DNA of 64,000 bases from an uncultured Nitrososphaerales archaeon. Its GTDB lineage: Archaea; Thermoproteota; Nitrososphaeria; Nitrososphaerales; Nitrososphaeraceae. The position numbers and the translations under genes were made by a program. The stretch covers positions 256,001 through 320,000 of the forward strand of contig CAVQMO010000005.1 in assembly GCA_963713605.1 (NCBI GenBank), read 5' to 3'. A model generated the notes under the pieces. The model was not told the origin of the DNA and made no database searches. It saw nothing but the letters and a program-made list of their open reading frames with translations. Shown here piece by piece: positions 11,769 through 27,327 of this stretch (its first letter is position 1; every line of letters begins with the position of its first letter).

Positions 11769-12140
11769 TTACATTTTGATAAACTGCTTGAGCTTTTCAT
11801 TTTTTACCAAGACATCCATGATCTTGCTGCGTTCGGAAGGAGGTATTCCTGAGGAATCAAGCACATCTAGTGCTTTTAACTTCCAAAATCCTTCTGATAT
11901 AGCTTGCATTAATACAAGATGCCAATCAAAAACTACTTTGCCAAATGAGGTTAAATGATATTTACCATTTTCCTTGCTGACTAGTTTATAAATTATCAAT
12001 GCGTGAAGCCTAGAGTAGTACTGCTTCCGTGTCAAGTTTAGGCTAGCTATTGAGGGAGATCGACCTTCTTTAATAACAGATAGCATTTCTCTAGATTTGT
12101 CGTCCGAGATACAGCTTAAAACTTGAGATTCAGTTATCAA
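11769..12140 (-). CDS. Winged-helix transcription regulator-like protein (LTRKQ.YSR family), paralog 2
   Basis: 123 aa, colinear with 6860..7231; shared upstream 'ttattaatcttttgaag'. Confidence 0.8.
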   Translation of the reverse strand: MITESQVLSCISDDKSREMLSVIKEGRSPSIASLNLTRKQYYSRLHALIIYKLVSKENGKYHLTSFGKVVFDWHLVLMQAISEGFWKLKALDVLDSSGIPPSERSKIMDVLVKNEKLKQFIKM

Positions 12141-12489
12141 TTATATATTCCACTAAGAAAATCTCGCTTTATTAATCTTTTGAAGAAACAAGTTTAGTCA
12201 CACTTTCAGCGGTGCAAATTAATCTTTAGAGAGAATCATGATGCATAATTCAAGGCGCGGTCAAATAATGAAATCTACAATCAGTAATAAACTAAACTTT
12301 TAAAGCCTAGAGAAAGCGTTACAATCTTACTAGACCCAAAAAAGTACAGACCGAATTAAGACAGCTCACTACAGTGTGCTGGGATACACTCAAAGTTATA
12401 CTGCATGTCAAGACAAGTATCCAAACCAACTGGTTATCCCTTCTTTTGACCACTCTAGAAATAAACAACTAGCAATAATCTATCTTGGC

Positions 12490-13729
12490 ATGAAGATCGT
12501 GTCCGTCGTTGGGGCTAGACCAAACTTTGTAAAACTCGGCCCTATTCACAAGTCATTATTGCCGTACTGTAACCACATTATCATCCACACTGGGCAGCAT
12601 TATGATTATGAGATGTCTGACATATTTTTTAAAGAGCTTAGTATTCCCAGGCCTGATATTAACCTTGGAATTGGGTCGGCTTCCCCCGGAGAACAGATTG
12701 GCGAGATGATAAGAAAATTGGATGTGGTATTTCGGCTTAGCCAAAAACAGGAAGCCTCAGCTGCCAAGTTTAGCATCAAAGCCAGATTTGGTTCTTGTGT
12801 ACGGAGATACAAACTCTACTTTTGCGGGTGCATTTGCGGCATCTGTTAATCATATACCCATTGCACATATTGAAGCAGGTCTGAGAAGCTTCGACAGAAG
12901 AATGCCTGAAGAGAGAAACAGAATTCTAACAGATCATATAAGTGATTTACTATTTGCGCCCACTGATACTGCAGCAAGGAATCTAAAGGTTGAAAACGTT
13001 GCCGGAAAGGTCATAAATTCAGGGGACATATCGGTCGAAGTGGTAGAGGAAGCATTGCAATTTTCAAAAAATTCAACGATTCTAAGTGATTTGCATCTTA
13101 GTCCGGAATCCTTTATTCTCTTTACTATGCACAGGGCTGAAAGCACCGACTCATATGGGAATCTTAAAGAAATCATAGGCCTGTTTCAAGAATTGAGAAC
13201 AGTAAGTTTTGATCCGTTGTCGTTTACTGCCAAAGAACCAAAGAATTCGAGCCTTGGGATTTCAAGCCATAACATGTCGCATAATGACAATCGGCGCAAA
13301 ATACGAATAGTATTTCCAGTACATCCAAGAACTGAAAAGCTACTAAAATCTTACGACCTTTACAAAGAGCTAACGGAGTGCGATAACGTTACGATAACAA
13401 AACCTTTGGGCTACATTGATTTTCTGAGGTTACTAAGTGAATCCTATAAGGTTATTACTGATTCAGGAGGGGTTCAAAAGGAAGCCTACCTATGCTCAGT
13501 TCCCTGCATCACAATTAGGAGGAGCACTGAATGGGTTGAAACCCTGGATTATGGATGGAATACACTATGTGAATTTGACAAGAATAAAATAGTGGACATT
13601 CTTCTACACCATGATGCAGAGCCCAAGAAAAATTATAGTAGGGTCATTTTTGGCCAGGGGAATACATCTGAAATAATTCGGGAGTCTATTCTTTTTAGAT
13701 ACTTAAAGAAAAAGTCGGAAGCTAATTGA
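12490..13729 (+). CDS. wecB: Non-hydrolysing UDP-GlcNAc 2-epimerase (WecB/WbpI-like), frameshift near 12730-12780
   Basis: MKIVSVVGARPNFVK, HTGQHYD, GDTNST, HIEAGLRS, MPEE, TDSGGVQKEA split over two frames. Confidence 0.92.
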
Positions 13730-13896
13730 ATTTGTGCCAGCCGCAATGTCGAAATCCTATCGTTAGGCATGGCGCGCGACATCATGATTTAGGAGTACAA
13801 ACTTCTATTATTTTTAAGCGGATTTACCTCCTAAAATCATGGAGGTAGGATCCATTAACCAAATTCCAGAATAGAGTTGGCCAATCAGATCAAATG

Positions 13897-14517
13897 TCAA
13901 CTTAACTTGCTGTATGTCGAAACCTGACAATCATTGAATATTGATCTTATATCAAAGTCATTCACTTTGTTTTGGTCTATATTCTTTTGTCCTTGATACA
14001 GCTGGCCAAATATAGCATCTTGTTGATCGGTGATTATTTGACTATTATCTGAATTTACCTGCACTACAAGCCTTCTATTACTCTTGCCACTGTACTGTTT
14101 GTCGTCATCATCATCATCCTTGTCACCATTCTCATCTGAAGGTGTAATCTTATCATTACCATTACCGCGACCATCTTCGCTTCCTCTAGGGATTCCTTCT
14201 ATAGTCATAACAAAGGTACCACCACACGAAATAGCGGGAAGCGAAGGAAACCATGGAGATACTATTTGCGAAGCTGTAGATACGCTGCCTATACCTCCAG
14301 CTGTCATGGGAAGTCCTGTGCTTGGGTAAGTACTTACTGGAGGATAAGCATTTTGATTGTAATAAGGGTTGTATGGATTATAGGGATATGTAGTCTGTGC
14401 ATATGCGATTGAAGCTGTTGTATTTATACCGATATTACTTTCAACTGGACTCAATGGTAACAGGAAGGAGAGACATGTTAAAAGAATTACAAGTAAAGAT
14501 ATACGCTCCTTATTCAT
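13897..14517 (-). CDS. Secreted SPWFPS-Cys domain protein, subtype A
   Basis: Signal peptide, AQTTYPYNPYNPYY, VSPWFPSLPAISCGGTF...IFNDCQ; paralog of 61195..62590. Confidence 0.8.
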   Translation of the reverse strand: MNKERISLLVILLTCLSFLLPLSPVESNIGINTTASIAYAQTTYPYNPYNPYYNQNAYPPVSTYPSTGLPMTAGGIGSVSTASQIVSPWFPSLPAISCGGTFVMTIEGIPRGSEDGRGNGNDKITPSDENGDKDDDDDDKQYSGKSNRRLVVQVNSDNSQIITDQQDAIFGQLYQGQKNIDQNKVNDFDIRSIFNDCQVSTYSKLS

Positions 14518-15199
14518 GATACTATCAATGATTTTATGAGAGATCTCACTTATGTGAATTCATAAACATAAGGCCAGCACAAAAATCTGATTTATTTTCA
14601 GGGGAATGCCCTAATCACAAGCGAGCTATTTGTCAGCTGTTACCTGTCAAAACTGTTCATGGGAACGGGACCTGGACAGGGACGGAATCTTGACATGATC
14701 TGTCTAAGGACGCTGAGACATCTAACTACCAAACCTTTAATCCTTAATTGATAGTATATCACGTACACGTACTCTAGCAGGTGCAAGGCCTCATGGGTTT
14801 ACCTAAACCTCATCTGGTAATCGCAATTGTCCTTGCATTATGAAAGGTACAGCGTAAAAATTATCGAGGGGTATCGTGACCATGCACCAGGTTCCACTTA
14901 CATAAAATGGTCGTCATTGCCTTGTTTTGAAGCATACCTGTTCATCTTGATATATGATCCCACTTTGATTTCTTGCTATTCCTATTGTCAGCTTGAGAAA
15001 TTTTTCATGATCTTCCACGGGGGTTAATATCTGGATGAGGTAAATACGTATCCGACCTCCGTGGCATACCAGTCGATGCACTAAAATGTATGATGGGAAA
15101 GCTACTATAAATCCCTTAAAAGTGATATCTAAATTTCATTCATGGCTACCCGATGGAGTTAAAACTTGTGTGTTGGTTTTTAAATGCGAAATGTCTAGT

Positions 15200-15689
15200 T
15201 TACTGTCGGCTGTCGGCTTGGCGAAGTAGAATATCATTTATAGCTTTGTGATCTCCCACTAATGCCTTGATAAGTTTGTATCTTTCTTCAAAAGGCATTC
15301 CTTCTGTAGATAAAGAAGTATCCAGTGAATCAATTGCTTGTAGTTTCCATCGGTTGTGAATTGCAAACCCTATTGTCTTGTGAGTTTCATAGACTATCCT
15401 TCCAAGTGAAGTAAGAACAAATCTCACTCCCTTCCTTCGTATCATACCTGCCTCAAGTAGGCGCTTGATACGCGAATAGTATTGCTTACGAGTCAGATTC
15501 ATGCGTGATATTAATATCTCGACGCTGGGTTGCTTCTGCAAGCGGCAGTGATCTATCTGCTTTTGGATCTGATATATTTGCAACAGCAATGGCATAGAAC
15601 AATAAAAGGGATTTATGGTCGTATACAGCAGAGAGCACAGATGCGAGTGCGTTGTTATCCTCGTCAATTTGCTTGAATATGCTATTCAT
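15200..15689 (-). CDS. wHTH LTRKQ.YSR family paralog 3, frameshift near 15530
   Basis: N-part VLSAVYDHKSLLLFYAIA in 15486..15689; C-part MNLTRKQYYSRIKRLLEAGMI...LTSLG..WKLQAIDS. Confidence 0.78.
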
Positions 15690-15874
15690 GTCCCGCTTTT
15701 AGAAAATGGGTTAAATAATTCCTGGTTCACGGGCAATCTATTATTTAATTATGCGTAATGGTCTTTACATATAAGTCTTGCTTAGATGAGGCAAAGTCAG
15801 TAGACTTCACCCATCATCTTTAAAAGTAGGCCAGCCAGAAGTGTTGGAATAGGAAGGGAAGGATCACTACTGCT

Positions 15875-16276
15875 ATGTCAATTCATTCATCATCGGTTCT
15901 CTCGATCACGAGAGTTAATTCGACAGTAAAGGATCTCATCGCGTTTCTTTATGATCTCTCCCCGTTGGATTTAGAAATCTTGCTATTCTTGATAAGGATA
16001 AATCCGGAGTCTTCTACTTTGGAAGAGTTGTCTGAGAAAACAGATAGAGATAAAAGTACAGCATTTCGATCCCTACAGAAACTAGCAAACCAACGCATTG
16101 TGAGCAAGGAAACTAGAACTTTGAAGGAAAGAGGATATTATCATGTGTATGCTTCGATTGATAGGGAAAGTTTCAAGATAGAGACACAAAAAAGGATGGC
16201 AGACCTGAAAAAGAGTTTAGATAGACTATTAAAAAACTTTGAAGTTGATCTAGATACGACATTGCAATCCTTATAA
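15875..16276 (+). CDS. TrmB/MarR-like HTH transcriptional regulator
   Basis: YDLSPLDLEILL...TLEELSEKTDRDKSTAFRSLQKL...GYYHVY. Confidence 0.85.
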   Translation: MSIHSSSVLSITRVNSTVKDLIAFLYDLSPLDLEILLFLIRINPESSTLEELSEKTDRDKSTAFRSLQKLANQRIVSKETRTLKERGYYHVYASIDRESFKIETQKRMADLKKSLDRLLKNFEVDLDTTLQSL

Positions 16277-16715
16277 TGGGACTTGGCTTGCTTTGAATCT
16301 ATACGAATATCAAGATTGATCTATTTGTGTCAACATCGACCATTTTATATCATCAGGAATTTTTAGACGTCTTAGTTGCCCAATGCTTCTAAGCGAACCA
16401 GCGAACTGTTCTCTGGTGTCGCTCACACTCACCGACTTTCTATTTGGTCCGGTTACGATCCAAATATTCCGCAAATTCAAAGATATCTATCTGTAAAGCA
16501 AGATGAACGTTCTTAACTGCCGTCCTTTTTGTTTCGTTAACCCTTACTCTTATCTCAATTAATTCTCTAGCAATTCGTTCTAACTCTTATTTGCTGAGAT
16601 CTAGACCTTTTCCTAATTACTGGATTTTGAATTAATGAATTGAAAATATTGAATAAATAAATCTAATTAGTAATATATGCGCTAGATTTGTTTGGATTTC
16701 GAATAGGTTAAAAAT

Positions 16716-16786
16716 CTAAGTTTACCCACTTCGATTTTTAATGAAATTCAAAGGTACTTGGAAAAGGAAAAGAATCTTACAGAAAT
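16716..16786. repeat. ~70-bp copy of the RHH gene 5' segment (16979..17050)
   Basis: 'ctaagtttacccacttcgatttttaatgaaattcaaaggtacttggaaaaggaaaa' occurs twice. Confidence 0.93.
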
Positions 16787-16957
16787 AGACAGAGTCTTAT
16801 ATACATTCTTTAGTCTTATAGTTATATTTTACGTATCGTAGAGATTCTTCTATTACTTAAAAGATATAAAAGATGATGTAGAATCAGGGTATTGTGTAGA
16901 TTTAATATGGATACCTCATGGATAAAGTTTAATAATTCATTGTTCTGATATGGATCT

Positions 16958-17212
16958 ATGCAGAACCAATTTACAAAACTAAGTTTACCCACTTCGATTT
17001 TTAATGAAATTCAAAGGTACTTGGAAAAGGAAAAAAATATTTACAGAAATCCAACCGAGTTTATAAATGAATGTGTGAGGATCAGACTATGGGAATTACG
17101 TAGGGCTGAAATAGATCAAAGAAAATTAGACGCCTTTTTTATGAAGGCTAATGAGATACGTCCTAAGGATGCTTCTCTACCTATTTCTTCCCACAACCGC
17201 AAGGCTTCTTAA
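16958..17212 (+). CDS. Ribbon-helix-helix (CopG-like) small protein
   Basis: TKLSLPTSIFNEIQRYL.....YRNPTEFINECVR pattern. Confidence 0.7.
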   Translation: MQNQFTKLSLPTSIFNEIQRYLEKEKNIYRNPTEFINECVRIRLWELRRAEIDQRKLDAFFMKANEIRPKDASLPISSHNRKAS

Positions 17213-17569
17213 TTGGAGATGGATTCATACCGCTAATGCTTTTTCTAGCTGAGCCATTACCTTGTTGATTCATAAAATAAGTAGCTCCGCACCAATTACT
17301 AAAGACAATAGTCCAGCTCTTACGAGTAAGAGATTTTTATTATCATTATCGTTCTTTCGGTTCATGCTTACCTACTTACCTAACTTTATACCTTCGGCGA
17401 TATTTAGAACTAACTCATTTTCGCTTAAGACAAATTGCGTTACAGACTGCATAAGGATTAGTCTGATATCCCCGTGATCTATTTTTAGCTAAGACCTTCT
17501 TTACACAGCGTTTATGTTTTGCTTTATTCCAATTACATGCTTTTGGTACGGGCATTTTAAGTCACTTAG

Positions 17570-17845
17570 TTAGGGGAAGTAATCTCCCTTACACTTATGT
17601 GATCTGCAACCGTTTTCTTTGTGACCGTATCGAACCTGACATAGTATGACCGTATTACCACCATTAGCTATGCCTTGATTTTCTGTATATGCGGGTCCAT
17701 CCCAATCGTTCTTGTCCACGCACTTATAGAATAATTTCCAATTGTTCTTTGGTTTTTTATCTGCGGGTAATGCATCATCAATCCAGCATTCAAAATGTGG
17801 AAATTTGTCTTTTCCAACATAGGCAATTATTTTCATACCAAAATT
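17570..17845 (-). pseudogene. C-terminal fragment resembling the 41219..42148 family
   Basis: FGMKIIAY...FECWID...NNWKLFYKCVDKNDW aligns by eye with IGWKAVMY...MESYVD...NHWVKIGDLVDSGNW. Confidence 0.5.
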
Positions 17846-18369
17846 TCGGCCTAAGATCTTTGGTATTTGTTCGCCTAAATCGCCAAATTCTGCTTTTTCG
17901 AGGTGTTTCCTTACTTATGGCCAACTACTTTATATCGGCACTATTATATAACATTCGAAAATCTAATTACAGGGTCACATATCGAACCCATTCTTTCTGG
18001 GATAATCCGGTTTTTGCATTCAGGTGTGTTTCTGGCGTACGACTACTCAATCTTGCTACCGGAATAACACAGTCTAGCCACAAAATTAATATCCGTGTCA
18101 GAATTGAACTTTGAGGAACACTACTAGTCATACTGACTAGGAGATGAATCTGTCAGTTCTTCTGGTAATACTACTGGTAATCTGATAGAATATGGTGAGG
18201 ATAAGCTTTGGGGGATGCCCGCTTATACCTTCTTTTTTGATGCATCTCGAAATCATTTATCTCAACTTCAGGTGGGGGTTGTTCCTTTCAAATTGGTGAG
18301 GAAGTAACAATATATAGATGGCTTAGTAATTTTTGAAATAGTATGGCTATCACGACAGACTAATTTAAC

Positions 18370-19182
18370 GTGCTCGGAATTGTTAGTACTATTCTTGCCA
18401 TGTTCATAATTGCAGGATGTATCCCGACAGGCAACGCGACACCAAGCGGTTCTATGAGTTCAGATCTTCATTGCGATAAGGATAACGCAACTGGACGAGG
18501 CCCAGAAATGAACATGCCACAGAATCAAACTCTTTCAATCAGGGGGAAATTAGATCTCTCAAGCTCAGACTTAGAATTGAAGCCCTCCATGATCTTACCG
18601 TCATCTCAGTTTACACCTATACCAGCAAACAGAACATTTACTATTAATTTGGTCGATAAAAATCAGGATGAACTAGCCATTTATCCATTCGATCTAATAA
18701 TTTCGAATGCAAGAAGCTCAAATAGTACGACAGACGATCGAGCGTTGATATCAGCTGCTGTCCCATATCATGAGTGTACAGCAAGAATTATTTTTAAGAT
18801 GAACGACAAAGAGTTAGCGTACCAATCTGTCTCACCCCACAAACCGGATATCAAATTTGTAGGGATTGAAACCGACTTCAATAAAGATATGAATGAAAGT
18901 ATGCTTTTTCCAAGGATGACAAATATAAGTCTTAATTGGGATGCGCAAGATTTAGATGGAGATAACATAACCTATTCTTTGCTATATAGCTATGACGGCG
19001 GATTGACATGGGATACGGTAATAGATTATACATCCAAAAAATCTTTTACCGTTCCGGGCGATTCCTTACAAGGGAATACAGTTAATTTGTCAAAATTTAG
19101 ACTTATTGCCACTGATGGCGTCAATACAGATATCAAGGATTCAGAGCCATTCAGCATCCCTGCCTTGACCTTGGAACACTAG
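18370..19182 (+). CDS. Secreted protein with C-terminal Ig/Fn3-like domain
   Basis: Signal peptide; LNWDAQDLDGDNITYSLLYSYDGGLTW...FRLIATDGVNT. Confidence 0.8.
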   Translation: MLGIVSTILAMFIIAGCIPTGNATPSGSMSSDLHCDKDNATGRGPEMNMPQNQTLSIRGKLDLSSSDLELKPSMILPSSQFTPIPANRTFTINLVDKNQDELAIYPFDLIISNARSSNSTTDDRALISAAVPYHECTARIIFKMNDKELAYQSVSPHKPDIKFVGIETDFNKDMNESMLFPRMTNISLNWDAQDLDGDNITYSLLYSYDGGLTWDTVIDYTSKKSFTVPGDSLQGNTVNLSKFRLIATDGVNTDIKDSEPFSIPALTLEH

Positions 19183-19341
19183 TGCCTTCTTTTCCACCTT
19201 TTGTGTTATCCTACGGCACTTTTTGATCCGTTCTTTAGAACGATAATTCGTTTTTATTGCCCCGAGTGATGCATTCTGTAACTAATACAGTCTAGCCACA
19301 AAAATAATTTCAACGTCCAAATCCACCCTAGATGAATACTA

Positions 19342-22303
<2,962 letters not shown>

Positions 22304-22450
22304 AACGTCTTATAATGACATTAGCTTATAAAGCCAGTAGAAATATTGCAAGTTTAGGTAAGAAACAGATTATCTTACTATGTCACAGTAAGAACTCCTT
22401 TCATCTTCAGGCATATTTATATCAAACTTTTGTCCAACATAAATTCTTAG

Positions 22451-25400
22451 ATGTTCGATAAACCCATTTCTAGGAAAGATTTCTTAAAGCTTCTCGGAGC
22501 CGGAGGCATTGTTCTCGGTATAGGTTGGTTTGGAGGGATAGGACCATTATATGAACAATACAAGAAAGGACAGACAAGTCGTCCCGGTGGGAGTAGCCCC
22601 CCCTTTGCATCCCAATTAGCATATGCTCAAAGTACAGGAACTTGGGTCCCAGGACAGAATACCCAGACAGTTGCCCTCGGATGTGCTCTTACTCCCAATG
22701 GCAAAATCTTTTATTTTGCCGGTTCAGGTTGGAATAACGCCAATAGTCCGAATGGGCCATTTCAAGCGAGGTATCTGGACTTATCTACAGGCTCAGATGT
22801 TGCAGTACCTCTCAGTGTAGATCTCTTTTGTGTCGGCATGAATCAGTTACCAAACGGAAATACTCTCCTAACAGGCGGTACGCTCCTGTATGACACCGAT
22901 ATAAACAGCTGTAATGGACAGTGGCATGGTGCAAAATATGCTTTAGAGTTCAACTATTCTACTGGCCAGTTGGAGCGGTTGCCAGATATGAGAACAGGTA
23001 GGTGGTATCCTTCCCAAATGCTTCTCCCTAATGGGCGGGTGGTAGTTGTTGCAGGAAGCGATGAATACGGAATTTACAATCGTCTGGTTGAGATATATGA
23101 TCCCACTACTAGATCGTGGAGTACACAATTTGATCCTTCTACGAATAACACTTATTGTGTCGGCGCCGGTGAAGCATGTGCTGGAGCTGGTTCACCATGC
23201 TTTGGCAGTCCTAATCAAGGTGTGGCGCCATGGCTCTCATTATACCCCAGAATGATCTATATGCCTAGCGGTCTTGTCTACATAAGCTCACAAAGGGAAA
23301 TCAGGTTCATCTATGATCCGTCAACTGGAATATGGACAACACTAAGCCCAACACTGCTGGGCCAGTATAGAGATTACGGTACTTCAATTCTTCTGCCTTT
23401 GCAGAATACTACAGCTGAACGAGGAAAGGTTATGGTAGTAGGAGGAGCTCCGAATGGTACGGCGCCTGCTACGCGTGTCGTAGAAATACACGACTTTAAC
23501 CAGGGCACAAATACTAATCCTGTTATGCGAACAGTAGGTCAACTAAACTTTGGAAGGAGGTATGTTCTCCCGATAATACTGCCTAATGGAAAAATCATGG
23601 TTTTTGGCGGGTCTTCTCAGGGTGGAAATACTCCAGTTTATGTTCCAGAGAGTTTTGATCCTGAGAACGAAAGTCAGGGATGGACGACACACGCTCCGGC
23701 TACTGTGCCTAGATTATATCATGGTACGGCCTTGCTAATGACTGACGGAAGTGTGTGGACCGCAGGAAGCACTCCAGGATCAGGAGGAAACTGGGAATTA
23801 CGGACAGAGTTCTTTAGACCGAGCTATTTCTCCAGCACAAGGCCAACGATATCAGGCAATCCTACTGTTGGTGGATATGGTGGGTCTATTACAATTCCGA
23901 CTCCCAATCCTACGAGTATTGCGAGAGTTTCGCTAGTAAAACTTGGTTGCACAACTCACCATTATGATATAGATATGCGATTAATTTGGTTACAGATAAC
24001 CAGTCGTGGCACAAATTCTGTAACTGTTTCTGCTCCTATTAGTGCGAACATTGCACCCGCTGGTTATTATATGATTCATGTATTGGATAATGCTCTGGTT
24101 CCATCTGTAGCGAATATTATCAAAATTCCAGGAACTGGACCGACAGGAGATAATCCACCAGGTCCTCCAGCTCAAGTAGCAGGTCTAGCGGTTACTACTC
24201 CAAGTGGTACCTCTACTCAGCTCAATCTGACCTGGACAGCAAATACCGAAGCCGATCTCAATCATTATAATGTATATAGAGGAACAACTGCTGGATTTGT
24301 TGTAACTCCTGGCACTACGGCTCCTATAGCAACATCTACAGTCGAACTCTTATTCCGACACCGGGTTAATTGCATCTACAACGTATTACTACAAGGTTCT
24401 TGCAGTAGATAACTCAAACAATTTAGGTACTTTATCAACAGAAAGGTCGGGAACAACTGGAGCCGGCGGCCCAGATACTACAGTCCCCGTAGTTTCAATT
24501 ACAAGCCCAGCCAATAACGCAACGGTGCCTGCTGGTAATGTCCCGATAAGTGGGACTGCTGCAGATAATGTAGGTGGTAGTGGAGTAATACGTGTTGAAG
24601 TAAGAGTAGATAATGGTGCCTATTTTATTGCAACACCACAAGCTCCAGGCAATTGGTCTACATGGACAATTACACTTAACATCACAGCACTAGGTTCTCA
24701 CACCTTAAGGGCTAGGGTAACAGATAATGCAGGAAATGTATCATGGAATGCAGGCACTCGAACAATAAATGTAGTAAGTGGTGGTGATACTCCACCCGCA
24801 CAAGTGACAGGCCTAGCCGTTAATACTCCAGGCGGTACCACTACCCAACTTAATCTGACCTGGACAGCAAATACCGAAGCCGATCTCAATCATTACAATG
24901 TATACAGAGGAACATCGGCAGGATTTGTTGTAACTCCTGGTACTACGGCTCCAATTGCAACACCAGCAGCGCCAGCCAACTCTTATTCCGACACCGGGCT
25001 AACGGCATCGACTACTTATTACTACAAGGTTGCTGCAGTAGATAACGCCAACAATATAGGTACTTTATCAACAGAGGCATCAGGGACAACTGGATCTGCT
25101 GGTCCAGACACTACAGTCCCCACAGTGGCAATTACAAGCCCAGCCAATAACGCAACAGTACCTGCTGGTAGTGTCCCGGTAAGTGGGACTGCCGCAGATA
25201 ATGTAGGCGGTAGTGGCGTACTACGCGTTGAAGTAAGAGTAGATTCTGGTGCCTATTTTATTGCAACACCACAGGCTCCAGGCAATTGGTCTACATGGAC
25301 AATTACACTTAACATCACAGCACTAGGTTCTCACACCTTAAGGGCCAGGGTAACAGATAATGCAGGAAATGTGGGATTTAATGTAGGCACACGAACAATA

Positions 25401-25731
25401 AATGTAGGAAGCGGAGGGGGTCCTGACACGACAATCCCCACAGTGGCAATTACAAGCCCAGCCAATAACGCAACAGTACCTGCTGGTAGTGTCCCGGTAA
25501 GTGGGACTGCCGCAGATAATGTAGGCGGTAGTGGCGTACTGCGCGTTGAAGTAAGAGTAGATATATGGTACCTATTTTATTGCAACACCACAAGCTCCAG
25601 GTAATTGGTCTACATGGACAATTACACTTAACATCACAGCACTAGGTTCTCACACATTGAGAGCCAGGGTAACAGATAATGCAGGAAATGTTTCATGGAA
25701 TCCAGGCACACGAACAATAAATGTAGTATAG
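22451..25731 (+). CDS. Tat-like exported copper-radical oxidase (AA5, GlxA/galactose oxidase-like) with DUF1929, 2 Fn3 and 3 Ig-like domains; frameshifts near 24345 and 25565
   Basis: SRKDFLK signal; DLFC, RWYPS, RLYHG, THHYD motifs matching the Cys/Tyr/Tyr-His/His copper-radical ligands; repeats continue to stop TAG at 25731. Confidence 0.9.
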
Positions 25732-25817
25732 GGCACGCGCAAATTGAGTACTACTTTACCAATTTTTGGTATTGCCTTTGCTAGATATATTTTAAAGTAA
25801 GGATATACAACATACTT

Positions 25818-26180
25818 GTGATGCAAATGGAAGAAAAAAGGCAAAGGACTAATAATAAAATAAAAATCGGATTCACAGTATTGATGCCCTTTATACTTAT
25901 TATAATGATGAGCCACACATCCCAAGTCTTGGCCTCGGAAGATTTGATTAAGGTGACAATGACTAATTTAACCGAATTGAATGCAAATCAATCTATCCCG
26001 TCGACTATGGGAAGCCTCAGCACAAACCAAACTTTATCTGTGCCGGATACGATATTTCAAAAAATTCTGAGTAATGCGAATCAATCATTAAACGCAATAG
26101 AAAATGAAGATATGGAGATTGCAAAAGAAAAGATAAACTCGGTATATAACGACTTAAAAGAATTAGCTGAAAAACCGTAG
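25818..26180 (+). CDS. Small secreted hypothetical protein
   Basis: Basic-hydrophobic N-terminus ending VLA, several N-x-S/T sequons, helical C-terminus. Confidence 0.65.
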   Translation: MMQMEEKRQRTNNKIKIGFTVLMPFILIIMMSHTSQVLASEDLIKVTMTNLTELNANQSIPSTMGSLSTNQTLSVPDTIFQKILSNANQSLNAIENEDMEIAKEKINSVYNDLKELAEKP

Positions 26181-26275
26181 CAGGTCACGAGATTAAAAGA
26201 TGAAGCAGAGATTGAAATGAGACTGACTAATACCCGTTTTATCTATGGGTATTGGCATTGCCATTCTATAAAATT

Positions 26276-27327
26276 TTAATTTAAGATTTTATCCAAGAGT
26301 GTGACGGTTTTGTTTGCTACATCGTCCCCGTACGGATTTCTCTTAATCTTAGTCTGAAGCATCATTTCAACTGTTTGGCTAAGAGAAGCCGTTGTATCAG
26401 GGGGGAATAACACATTTGCTTTAAGGAGTATTGTCTCCCATCTCGCGGAAGTGTGTCTAAGGGTAATACAGGGTTTCTTTAAAGTTACCGACTCCTCCTG
26501 AAGACCTCCACTATCCGTAAGCACCAACTTGGATTTCAATAGCAACCCCAAAAATTCGATATACCCAACAGGATCGATCATTATCACATTATCAGGAAAT
26601 TTGATATTTCGGCTCTTGAGGTTCTTCTGTGTCCTCGGGTGCACCGGAAAAACTATTTTATGATTTACTGTCTCAAAATGCTTTATAAGTAACTTCAAAT
26701 TCTCGGGATTATCTGCATTTTCTGGCCTATGTATGGTCAATAGCAAAAATTCAGGCGGCAGATCAACAGGTAATTCCCTGCTCGCTCAATTCTTGACAGC
26801 CTCAGACACACATCGACTATCAAGTTGCCGGTGACATATACGTCGCCCGTTACATTTTCATAACTCAACACACTCCTACAGAAATCTGAAGGAGCAAAGA
26901 GATGAGAAGCCATTTCATCTATTCTTATTCTAATACTTTCCTCAGGAACAGCAATGTCAAAGTCTCTAATTCCAGCTTCAAGATGGATTATCTTGCTTCT
27001 GGCCTCATGAGCCGCGAGCGCGGCCGCCATGCTCGAGTTTGTATCCCCATAGATTATTACATATTCTGGCTGCAATTCTTTTAGTATTGGTGAAACCTTG
27101 TTCTTCATTAGGTCAATATCAGATGAATTACACTTTAAGTCAAAGTCTGGCTTTACATTTAGTTCGTCAATAAATATATCCTTCATCCTGGGAGAGAAAT
27201 GTTGACCTGTGTAGATAAATGAGTGATCAAACCTTTCATTCATTTTAGGGATAAAATCTGCTAGCTTTATTATCTCTGGTCGCGTTCCCGCTATTGTGAC
27301 TAACCTATTGTTATTATTATTGCTCAT
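26276..27327 (-). CDS. wecB: Second UDP-GlcNAc 2-epimerase, frameshift near 26760
   Basis: GTRPEIIK, YTGQHF, GDTNSS, HLEAGIR, PEE; TIHRPEN, FPVHPRT, TDSGGLQEE. Confidence 0.9.
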
